Shown here piece by piece: positions 28,207 to 36,423 of a stretch of 64,000 nucleotides of DNA. This DNA comes from a bacterium (GTDB taxonomy: Bacteria; Patescibacteriota; Dojkabacteria; B142; OLB20): the NCBI GenBank assembly GCA_021463645.1, contig JAJTYI010000006.1:53692-117691 (forward strand). The letters are read 5' to 3'. The notes beneath the pieces were generated by a model that made no database searches, was not told the origin of the DNA, and worked only from the letters and a program-made list of their open reading frames with translations. The position numbers were made by a program, and so were the translations under genes. The first letter of the stretch is position 1. The number at the start of each line of letters is the position of its first letter.

Positions 28207-28383
28207 TTGAAAAAATTCATTAAACGAAACTGGTTAATTATTTTATCTGTTTTATACATAATCTTCCCTCTGGATTTCATACCTGATTTTACCCCATGGA
28301 TAGGTTTTAGTGATGACATCACAGTTGTGGCTGCTAATATGTTGGTATCCTGGCTGAAAAAGAAATCCTCAAAACCGTTGTAA
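28207..28383 (+). CDS. Small DUF1232 (YkvA-like) membrane protein, missed by the ORF track
   Basis: A TTG-initiated 58-codon ORF. Its translation ...LSVLYIIFPLDFIPDFTPWIGFSDDITVVAANML... matches the DUF1232 core motif (P.D.IPD..P..G..DD). Confidence 0.5.
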   Translation: MKKFIKRNWLIILSVLYIIFPLDFIPDFTPWIGFSDDITVVAANMLVSWLKKKSSKPL

Positions 28384-28424
28384 ATGACCCTAGGATGATA
28401 TAATTCACTAGTTATTACTGACTA

Positions 28425-29174
28425 ATGTTTGTCGACAACCTAGATGATTATGAAGAGCCGCATCAACCCCTAAATCCAATCGAGATAGGAGAATTTGGGG
28501 TAGTTTCTGATAGATTATTTACTTTTATTACACAGAAGCCTAGAGGTAGACCTGAAAAAATTAGCTATTCATTAAATGAGGATGGGGAAAGACAAGCCTG
28601 TTATGTTCTTTCTCATCTAGATATTGAGGATTTATTCATATTCCCCAAATTAATAATTACTCAAAAAGCAATACTTGGTAATGGCAAATCTCTATTTATG
28701 TCCAATGCTGAAATCCTTGTAATGAGCCCTGATGATTATCAGTATGGAACACTTAACAATCAATCTGACGGAAGCTCTAATTCTCTATCTACGTTTTGGA
28801 TTGAAGACCAAGTTGGTTTTCACCCCGTATCAATGTCGACCGAATTCTCACTTGAGGGACAGAATTACCGACTCAATTTTAATAACCAAGGAAACCTTAT
28901 ACAGATTATATCTGATTCTGTAGCAATGCCTAATTACAGAAATCGATCTAGATTTTCAAAACCACGCACAATGATTTATACCGATCAGAATGATTTACGA
29001 CTCATAGCTAGACACCTTTCAGCCTTATTAAGAGAAAGTGGAATACCTTCAAATTATGAGCACTTTTCATTGAAACACGTTGACATAGCATTTACGAATC
29101 TTCTCGCATCCATTGGGGCCGGATATAAGTTCACTTCCGATGGAGATATAATTCCCATATTAAGATATCGTTAG
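28425..29174 (+). CDS. Hypothetical protein
   Basis: A 249-aa ORF with no overlap with other genes. No motif was recognised. Confidence 0.4.
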   Translation: MFVDNLDDYEEPHQPLNPIEIGEFGVVSDRLFTFITQKPRGRPEKISYSLNEDGERQACYVLSHLDIEDLFIFPKLIITQKAILGNGKSLFMSNAEILVMSPDDYQYGTLNNQSDGSSNSLSTFWIEDQVGFHPVSMSTEFSLEGQNYRLNFNNQGNLIQIISDSVAMPNYRNRSRFSKPRTMIYTDQNDLRLIARHLSALLRESGIPSNYEHFSLKHVDIAFTNLLASIGAGYKFTSDGDIIPILRYR

Positions 29175-29212
29175 TAAATTCTCTCTCCACCTACAAATTC
29201 TCAAGATTAAAA

Positions 29213-29221
29213 TGCTATAAT
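29213..29221 (+). promoter_or_regulatory. Candidate extended -10 promoter element (TGCTATAAT) for ileS
   Basis: A perfect TGnTATAAT lies 26 nt upstream of the ileS ATG. The -35 region is weak (ACAAAT). Confidence 0.35.
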
Positions 29222-29246
29222 CAAAAACTGATTATATAGACCAGTT

Positions 29247-32200
29247 ATGTTCAAACCCGTCAATCCAAAGCAAAATTTCCCTGAACTTGAGGGAGAAATT
29301 ACAAAATTTTGGAAAGAAAACAAAATTTTTGAAAAATCTGTTGAAAATAGAAGTGCAAAGAACAGTTATATTTTCTATGACGGGCCTCCATTTATCACAG
29401 GTACTCCCCATTACGGTTCTCTACTTCCAAGTATAGCAAAAGACGTAATCCCTAGATATCAAACCATGCGAGGTAAAAGAGTCGAAAGAGTTTGGGGTTG
29501 GGATTGTCATGGATTACCAATTGAAAATAAAGTTGAGAAAAAACTAGGTATTAAAAACAGACGTGAAATTGAAAAATATGGAATCGACAGGTTTATTGAC
29601 GAATGTTACAACTACACCCGCGAAACTTCTGCAGAATGGAAATGGTACATCGATAAAATTGGTCGATGGGTAGATATGGACAATGCCTACAGGACTATGG
29701 ATCAAGACTACATGGAAACAGTTATGTGGGTGTTCAAACAACTCCATGAAAAGAATCTAATTTACAAAGGAATGCGCACCTCACTTTATTGTACTCGCTG
29801 TGGAACACCTGTATCGAACTTTGAAATCGCTATGGATAACTCCTATGCAGACATGGAAGATCCTGCTGTCACCATAAAATTCCCAGTGACAACACCCGGT
29901 GAATTCTCAAACAGTTCAATATTGGCATGGACCACTACTCCATGGACACTTCCTTCAAACAAAGCATTGGTTATTGATCCCGAGGAAACGTACATAAAAG
30001 CAAAAGTGCAAAAACTCACTATTGAACTTGAACAAAGCTGGCAAGTGAAGGAATTACCAGAAAATTTAAAAAAATTAAAAAGGTCCGAAATCACACAGGC
30101 ATACCTAGAAGACTATATCGACGAAAATGGGATAAAACCAAGAGACGCTCGTATTAGAAGGATTGACAGTAAATTTGAATTCACAACGAAATATTATGCT
30201 GGGAAATCTACTGAAACTGGACAATTAATTGAAAAAACCAAAGAAATCACAAAAGATGAATACATCGAATTGATTAAAACAACCAAAGCGAAAGTTGTTA
30301 AGACAAGGTATTACTACCCGCTTGAAGATGGATTAACTGCAGAAATTGATGTATATAGGAATCAACACGAAGGTGTAAATTTCGTAGAAGTTGAATTCAG
30401 TTCTCTTAAGAAATTACAGAACTTCAAAAAACCCGAATGGTTTGGAAAAGAAGTAACTGATTGTGATGCCTGCTTCCCTAGATACATGGCGGATAAGACC
30501 AGTGAAAGAATCTTGTCAGAGATTGAGGCATATTCTCAGGTAGAACATAATTACGAAGAAAACGTTCAAACTGAAAATGTTATCCTTGCAAAGAAACGTG
30601 CAGAATATGCATTAGAAAATATTGATTATGAAATTGTAGAAGAATTTGAAGGGAAAAAACTATTGGGTTTGAAATACCGACCTCCTTTTGATTACTATAA
30701 TACCGAAAAAGGCGAACATCAAGTTTATGGTTTCCCTGGAATGGTTCACATGGAAGAAGGAACTGGAATCGTGCACAGTGCCCCTGGATTTGGAGATATT
30801 GATACAGAAATGGGTCAAGAATATGGATTGTCCATAGCTATGACAATTAATGACGAAGGTAAATATTTACCACAAGTGAAAGAATTTGTAGGTATGTATG
30901 TCAAAGATGCGGATCAACCAATTATTGAAAACCTCAAATCGAGAGACATTTTATTTAAAGTTGAGAAAATTGTTCATAGATACCCCTACTGCTGGCGTTG
31001 CGAAACCCCACTAATTCACAAAGCACAACCATCTTGGTTCATTGATATTGAAAAAATTCGCAAAGATTTATTGAGAAATAATGAGGATATCAACTGGGTA
31101 CCAAAACATTTAAAACATGGTCGCTTTAAAAAAGGTATCGAAGTTGCACCTGATTGGGGAATTTCTAGAACAAGATACTGGGCAACACCAATGCCCGTGT
31201 GGCAAAGAGAACAAGACGGACAAATCGTAGAAACAAAAGTCATCGGTAGTAGAGACGAACTTCGTGAACATGCAAACGAACCAATCACAAAAATCACATT
31301 CGTAAGACATGGTAATAAATCTCAAGATGACAGTCAAGACCCGGGAATGACCGACTTGGGACATGAACAGGCAAAGGAGCTGGCAAAAAAACTTTCGAAG
31401 GAGAAATTTGATGTAATAATCTCATCCCCAAAAAAAAGAACGCTTCAAACAGCACAATATATCAAAGAAGCTTTGGGTCAAGACTTCATAGAAGACAATT
31501 TATTTACTTCACTCACTGATGGCGACGGTAGAGAGTTTTACAGACAAATCAAAGAACAACACAATGTCGATTATCTTCACGAACTTCCAGAAAGCATCCT
31601 GAGAGAGAAAATATTCCCTGTACTCACTCCATTAAAAGAAAATTTTGAGAAATTGTTGAAAAAATACGAAGGTAAAAACATATTAATCATTTCGCATTCA
31701 GGAAAAATCAAATTCTTGGAACACATTATCGAAGGTTCAAACCTTAGAACAGTTTTGACTTCAAAAATTAAAGAAGCCGGAACATACACAGCATATTTCC
31801 ACGGAACGGATTTATTGGATTTACACAGACCGAAAATTGACCAAATTACCTTAAAGGGCAAAACCGGAGAATTGACAAGGGTGAAAGAGGTCCTAGACGT
31901 ATGGATGGACAGTGCCTCTATGCCTTATGCTTCAAAGCACTACCCTTTCGAAAATAAACAAATACTTGAAGAAAATTATCCAGCTGATTTTATTGTTGAA
32001 TATATTGCCCAAACAAGGGCTTGGTTCTATGTGATGCATGTGATTTCAACAGCATTACTGAATCAACCATCATTTAAAAATGTCATTACTACAGGAGTTA
32101 TATTCGGTACAGATGGAAGAAAAATGAGCAAAAGTTACGGAAATTACCCCGATCCTCGAGACGTACTTGAAAATTATGGTGCAGAAACATTAAGAATGTA

Positions 32201-33257
32201 CCTAATGGGTTCTAAAATTATGCTTGGCGAGGATATGAATTTTGACGAAGAAGCACTGAAAGAACAATACAAAACCTTCCTACTACCTCTTTGGAACAGT
32301 TATTCATTCTTTGTCACATACGCTAACATTCATAAGTGGGGACCCACTGGGAAATTTGATTCAAACGATCAACTCGATAAATGGATAGTCGCAAAACTTG
32401 ATGAAACTAAGAGTCACTTCATAAAAGCAATGGACTCATATAATATCCCCTCAGCAGTTAAACTACTTCCGGAGTTTATCGATGTATTATCAAGATGGTA
32501 TATAAGAAGATCACGAAGTAGGTTTGCACAAGGTTCAGAAGATGCTTTGAGCACTTTACACTACATCTTGGTTGAATTTACAAAATTATCTGCTCCTGTA
32601 GTTCCATTCGTTTCAGAAGAGATATTCCAAAATCTCCAAAATGACAATCAATTTGAATCTGTACACTTATCTAATCTTGATAAACCAAAGAAATTAACCT
32701 TAGAAAGTAACGATCCGTTATTGCGAAAGATGGAATTAGTTAGAGAGATTTCCACCCTAGGCCAATCATTACGTGTGCAAAACAATCTCAAAGTAAGACA
32801 GCCATTACAGAGTGTGGAGATTTATATAAAAGATAAAAATCTTGCAACTGAGGAAGATATGGGATGGATGAATGAAATCGTAAAAGACGAGCTCAATGTG
32901 AAGCAAGTAAAGTTTGTAAACAAAAAGCCTAAAGATGAACTTCTTGTCAGCTCGGGTTTAAATGACACCCTATTCGTCGGATTAGACTCTAAACTAACAC
33001 CCGAATTGGAAGCTGAGGGAATCCTTCGTGAGCTTACAAGACAGATTCAGAGCCAGAGGAAAAAATTAGGATTGAATATGGGTGATAAAATTGAACTAAC
33101 AATTCAAACTGATGACAAGAAACTTGAAGGAATAATCAAAAAGAATGAAAAAGAATTTGCTGAATCAGTAAATGCTACAAACGTCCATTTCACTACAGCG
33201 AATTTGGAACACAAATTATCTATCAACGGTTCAGAACTTACCCTATCGCTTAGTTAG
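29247..33257 (+). CDS. ileS: Isoleucyl-tRNA synthetase (eukaryote/archaeal-like type 2) with two inserted domains
   Basis: PPFITGTPHYGS (HIGH region), TTPWTLPSN and GTGIVHSAPGFG (CP1 editing), WGISRTRYWATPMPVW, DLHRPKID, KMSKS and a C-terminal anticodon-binding region. At 1336 aa it is roughly 300 aa longer than usual. Confidence 0.9.
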   Translation: MFKPVNPKQNFPELEGEITKFWKENKIFEKSVENRSAKNSYIFYDGPPFITGTPHYGSLLPSIAKDVIPRYQTMRGKRVERVWGWDCHGLPIENKVEKKLGIKNRREIEKYGIDRFIDECYNYTRETSAEWKWYIDKIGRWVDMDNAYRTMDQDYMETVMWVFKQLHEKNLIYKGMRTSLYCTRCGTPVSNFEIAMDNSYADMEDPAVTIKFPVTTPGEFSNSSILAWTTTPWTLPSNKALVIDPEETYIKAKVQKLTIELEQSWQVKELPENLKKLKRSEITQAYLEDYIDENGIKPRDARIRRIDSKFEFTTKYYAGKSTETGQLIEKTKEITKDEYIELIKTTKAKVVKTRYYYPLEDGLTAEIDVYRNQHEGVNFVEVEFSSLKKLQNFKKPEWFGKEVTDCDACFPRYMADKTSERILSEIEAYSQVEHNYEENVQTENVILAKKRAEYALENIDYEIVEEFEGKKLLGLKYRPPFDYYNTEKGEHQVYGFPGMVHMEEGTGIVHSAPGFGDIDTEMGQEYGLSIAMTINDEGKYLPQVKEFVGMYVKDADQPIIENLKSRDILFKVEKIVHRYPYCWRCETPLIHKAQPSWFIDIEKIRKDLLRNNEDINWVPKHLKHGRFKKGIEVAPDWGISRTRYWATPMPVWQREQDGQIVETKVIGSRDELREHANEPITKITFVRHGNKSQDDSQDPGMTDLGHEQAKELAKKLSKEKFDVIISSPKKRTLQTAQYIKEALGQDFIEDNLFTSLTDGDGREFYRQIKEQHNVDYLHELPESILREKIFPVLTPLKENFEKLLKKYEGKNILIISHSGKIKFLEHIIEGSNLRTVLTSKIKEAGTYTAYFHGTDLLDLHRPKIDQITLKGKTGELTRVKEVLDVWMDSASMPYASKHYPFENKQILEENYPADFIVEYIAQTRAWFYVMHVISTALLNQPSFKNVITTGVIFGTDGRKMSKSYGNYPDPRDVLENYGAETLRMYLMGSKIMLGEDMNFDEEALKEQYKTFLLPLWNSYSFFVTYANIHKWGPTGKFDSNDQLDKWIVAKLDETKSHFIKAMDSYNIPSAVKLLPEFIDVLSRWYIRRSRSRFAQGSEDALSTLHYILVEFTKLSAPVVPFVSEEIFQNLQNDNQFESVHLSNLDKPKKLTLESNDPLLRKMELVREISTLGQSLRVQNNLKVRQPLQSVEIYIKDKNLATEEDMGWMNEIVKDELNVKQVKFVNKKPKDELLVSSGLNDTLFVGLDSKLTPELEAEGILRELTRQIQSQRKKLGLNMGDKIELTIQTDDKKLEGIIKKNEKEFAESVNATNVHFTTANLEHKLSINGSELTLSLS
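30015..30572 (+). other. CYTH (triphosphate tunnel)-like domain inserted in the IleRS editing domain
   Basis: It lies between KAKVQK and ENVILAKKRAEY. Matching segments are IELEQSW (ExExK-like), ITQAYLEDY, ARIRRIDSKFEFTTKY, VKTRYYYPLEDGLTAEIDVYRNQHEGVNFVEVEFSS and PEWFGKEVTDCDACFPRYMA. Confidence 0.6.
31284..31808 (+). other. Histidine phosphatase (PGAM/SixA-like, branch 1) domain inserted in IleRS
   Basis: It lies between ...SRDELREHANEP and DLHRPKID. Matching segments are ITFVRHGNKS (RHG), IISSPKKRTLQTAQ and ILIISHSGKIKFL. Confidence 0.7.
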
Positions 33258-33324
33258 CATTTTCTTGCTTTACCAATCAAGTTAAGAGTTCTATACTATA
33301 TTTGCTTAACTAGTTTAATTAGAC

Positions 33325-33960
33325 ATGTTTAATTTAGAAAAAAATCCGTTCCTCCACGATTTAAAGGTTAAAACCAAAGGTAGTGTAATAATCGACATAT
33401 TACAAACAGTAGTTTTAGCTCTTGCATTTAGTCTTTTCATTTATCTAGTATTTCTCATCCCGAGCCAAGTTGAAGGTCCATCTATGGAACCAAATTTCTA
33501 CAACAGAGAACTTCTTTTCGCTGATAGAACTGTTCAGTGGATTGGATCCACATCTTTGGGCGCAGGAGTCTATGATTACCACAAAGGAGATGTCGTAATC
33601 TTTGATTTTAATGGAATCAACCTAATCAAAAGAGTCATAGCAACAGAAGGAGACAAAATCAGACTATCTGGAGGAAGAGTATATGTTAACGAAAAATTAT
33701 TAAATGAGCCATACTTGCCGAGTGGCAGAATGAGCAATGTGCCCGATCCTTCCAGAGCCACAATCTTAGAAGACCAGGTAGAAATTGTCCCAGAAGACTC
33801 ATATTTCCTAATGGGCGATAATCGAGAAGTGAGCAAAGACTCTCGTTATAGTGATGTTGGTTTTGTAGAGAGGCGCCAACTCAAAGGAAGAGTATTTTTA
33901 CGATACTGGCCTGTAGACAAATTAGGCACAATTCGTCCGGGTCAACCATCTCAAGATTAA
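33325..33960 (+). CDS. lepB: Signal peptidase I
   Basis: An N-terminal TM helix, VEGPSMEPNF (catalytic Ser), LIKRVIATEGD (catalytic Lys box) and GDNREVSKDSRY. Confidence 0.85.
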   Translation: MFNLEKNPFLHDLKVKTKGSVIIDILQTVVLALAFSLFIYLVFLIPSQVEGPSMEPNFYNRELLFADRTVQWIGSTSLGAGVYDYHKGDVVIFDFNGINLIKRVIATEGDKIRLSGGRVYVNEKLLNEPYLPSGRMSNVPDPSRATILEDQVEIVPEDSYFLMGDNREVSKDSRYSDVGFVERRQLKGRVFLRYWPVDKLGTIRPGQPSQD

Positions 33961-33963
33961 ACC

Positions 33964-34569
33964 TTGGAAAATTTCCTTAACCACAAAAAAACAAAAAATA
34001 TTCTTGATTTCCTAGAAACACTCACAATCGCTTTGGCATTTTGTGCATTCATCTATCTGACTATCGCTTTTCCAAATAAAGTAGAAGGACAATCAATGGA
34101 GCCAACTTTTCATCATAGCGACTTGGTTATAACGAACAAAACTGTTCAGTATCTTGGCAATACAGATTTCGGACAAAGCAGGAATTATGATTACCAAAGA
34201 GGAGATGTTGTAATAGTAAAACAAGGCAATACAGATTTGATCAAAAGAGTTGTCGCACTCGAAGGGGAGGAAGTTGAGATCAAAAATAACAATGTGTATA
34301 TAAATGGTATGGAATTGGAAGAAGAATATCTACCAACCACCGTCAGAACTAAACTCCCCTCTTACGAACTGAGCCTTTTTCGGAATGAAGCCTCCCTTAC
34401 TGTTCCTGAAAATTCATATTTTGTAATGGGAGACAATCGCGAACATAGTAAAGACTCGCGTTTTAAGGAAATCGGTTTCATTTCGAGATCAAATATTAAA
34501 GGTCGTGTAATTTTCCGTTACTGGCCTCTCGCAGACTTAGGAATTATACATAGAGGAGAATACAAATAA
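33964..34569 (+). CDS. lepB: Signal peptidase I (second tandem paralog)
   Basis: VEGQSMEPTF, LIKRVVALEGE and GDNREHSKDSRF. A TTG start lies 3 nt after the first lepB stop. Confidence 0.85.
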   Translation: MENFLNHKKTKNILDFLETLTIALAFCAFIYLTIAFPNKVEGQSMEPTFHHSDLVITNKTVQYLGNTDFGQSRNYDYQRGDVVIVKQGNTDLIKRVVALEGEEVEIKNNNVYINGMELEEEYLPTTVRTKLPSYELSLFRNEASLTVPENSYFVMGDNREHSKDSRFKEIGFISRSNIKGRVIFRYWPLADLGIIHRGEYK

Positions 34570-34643
34570 TTTTCAAATTCAAGATTCCCCTTTTCAATTC
34601 ACTTCTACCTTTACGCTTCTTGTTTTAACGTTTAACTTTATTG

Positions 34644-34652
34644 TGGTATATT
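34644..34652 (+). promoter_or_regulatory. Candidate extended -10 promoter element (TGGTATATT) for parA
   Basis: A TGn-TATATT element lies 21 nt upstream of the parA ATG. The -35-like TTTAAC sits at 17-nt spacing. Confidence 0.3.
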
Positions 34653-34672
34653 TATGAATATCAATTTCACAT

Positions 34673-35455
34673 ATGGTTATCGCTATTGCCAATCAAAAAG
34701 GCGGTGTTGGCAAAACTACAACTGCAATCAACTTGGCTGTTTACCTCGGTAAACTTGGTAAAAAAGTCTTACTTGTGGACTTAGACCCTCAATCAAATCT
34801 TACATCTGGTATCGGGTTTGTCTCAGACGAAGATTCAATGAACCCAATTTATCAGGGCTTATCGAAGTCTGTCTATGATATCCTTTCAAACAAAGCTAAC
34901 ATCCGCGAAGTCTTTGTATTAACAAAATATGATAATGTCCACCTTATTCCGGCTAGTATTGATTTAGCTGGGGCAGAAATCGAGCTAGTGAATGCAATCT
35001 CTAGAGAAACAATATTGAAAAACGCTTTAGATGAAATTATAAAAGATTATGATTACATATTCATTGACTGTCCCCCATCACTTGGATTACTCACTGTAAA
35101 TGCACTTGTTGCATCAACAAAGGTATTTATACCAGTGCAGTGTGAATATTTCGCGCTTGAGGGATTAGGACAATTGATAAACACCATCAATTTGATTAAA
35201 AAAAGACTGAACTCCTCTCTTGAAATTGGCGGAGTGATTATGACTATGTATGACACACGTACAAATTTATCCAAACAAGTTGCAACAGAATTAACCAAAT
35301 TCTTCCAAGACAAAGTTTTCAAAACAATCGTCCCTCGTAATGTAAGACTTTCCGAAGCTCCTTCTTATGGGAAAGCGATAATCGAATACGACCCGAAATC
35401 CTTGGGGGCGATGGCATATGAAGATTTGGCAAAAGAAATTATTGAGAGATTCTAG
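34673..35455 (+). CDS. parA: Chromosome partitioning ATPase ParA/Soj
   Basis: The deviant Walker [26 protein letters not shown] and IDCPPSLG. Confidence 0.85.
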   Translation: MVIAIANQKGGVGKTTTAINLAVYLGKLGKKVLLVDLDPQSNLTSGIGFVSDEDSMNPIYQGLSKSVYDILSNKANIREVFVLTKYDNVHLIPASIDLAGAEIELVNAISRETILKNALDEIIKDYDYIFIDCPPSLGLLTVNALVASTKVFIPVQCEYFALEGLGQLINTINLIKKRLNSSLEIGGVIMTMYDTRTNLSKQVATELTKFFQDKVFKTIVPRNVRLSEAPSYGKAIIEYDPKSLGAMAYEDLAKEIIERF

Positions 35456-35501
35456 ACATATTAAATTAAAAATTAATAAATTTATATCTTAAAATTCAAA
35501 T

Positions 35502-36344
35502 ATGGGACTCGGAAAAGGCTTATCATCATTAATTTCTGAATCTACACTTGAGGAATTGAATCAAGCTTATATTCCTCATCTAGACATTAATCTTGTCGAA
35601 CCGAATCCATTCCAACCAAGACTTACCAGACAAGACCCCAAATTAGCACAACTTGCTGATTCAATTCGTGAAAACGGTATAATTGAACCACTTTTAGTCA
35701 CTAAAACTCCTGAAGGTCAATTCCAGTTGATTGCAGGAGAAAGACGTCTAAAAGCAGCAAAACTTGCTGGTAAAAAAGACGTTCCCGTCATTGTCAAAGA
35801 AGCATCCCCCCAGCAGATGCTAGAACTTGCAGTTATAGAAAACATCCACCGAAAAGACTTAAATCCACTAGAAGAAGCAATGGCTTTTATGCAACTGCGA
35901 GAGAGATTCAAAATGACTGACGAACTGATTTCTTCGAAAGTTGGGTTTAGTAGATCAGCCGTAACCAACAAAATGCGCCTACTTTCATTGCCTATGGAAC
36001 TAAAAGAATTCCTACTTGATGACAAGATAAGTGAAGGTCATGCAAGAGCATTGTTAGGATTAAAATCTAGAGCCACAATGCATGTAGCTGCGGACAAAGT
36101 TATAGAACAGAACCTTAGTGTAAGAGCCACAGAAGAATTAGTTCGTAGACTTAACAAGGGAACTCCTAAAAATAAAGAAGGACGATACCGAATTGAAGAT
36201 GAATTTACATTTAAAGTAGAAACGGATTTGAGGAATCGATATGGAGAAAAAGTGAAACTATTTAGGTCATCACGTGGCGGGAAAATTGTTATACCATTCG
36301 AAAACGATGATCAATTAAAGAATATATATAGTTCGATTGTTTAG
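35502..36344 (+). CDS. parB: Chromosome partitioning protein ParB/Spo0J
   Basis: EPNPFQPR, GIIEPLLV, LIAGERRLKAAKLAG and an HTH region (SSKVGFSRSAVTNKMRLL). Confidence 0.85.
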   Translation: MGLGKGLSSLISESTLEELNQAYIPHLDINLVEPNPFQPRLTRQDPKLAQLADSIRENGIIEPLLVTKTPEGQFQLIAGERRLKAAKLAGKKDVPVIVKEASPQQMLELAVIENIHRKDLNPLEEAMAFMQLRERFKMTDELISSKVGFSRSAVTNKMRLLSLPMELKEFLLDDKISEGHARALLGLKSRATMHVAADKVIEQNLSVRATEELVRRLNKGTPKNKEGRYRIEDEFTFKVETDLRNRYGEKVKLFRSSRGGKIVIPFENDDQLKNIYSSIV

Positions 36345-36373
36345 TGGACAGTTGTTAGTTACTTATGATTTCG

Positions 36374-36382
36374 TGGTAAAAT
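36374..36382 (+). promoter_or_regulatory. Candidate extended -10 promoter element (TGGTAAAAT) for the amidase gene
   Basis: A TGn-TAAAAT element lies 42 nt upstream of the 36424 ATG. Confidence 0.3.
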
Positions 36383-36423
36383 TCAACTGTTAGTGTAATT
36401 ATTCTGTTAATTAACACCAAAAT

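Noticed and set aside
29175-29246. I looked for a T-box leader upstream of ileS.
   Set aside because: The intergenic region is only 72 nt, far too short for a T-box riboswitch. No specifier-loop or T-box sequence is evident.
34570-36423. I looked for parS sites (TGTTTCACGTGAAACA-like) around parAB.
   Set aside because: I found no 16-bp palindrome of this type. The CACGTG-containing sites at about 36276 and 36429 lack the flanking GTTTCAC/GTGAAAC arms.
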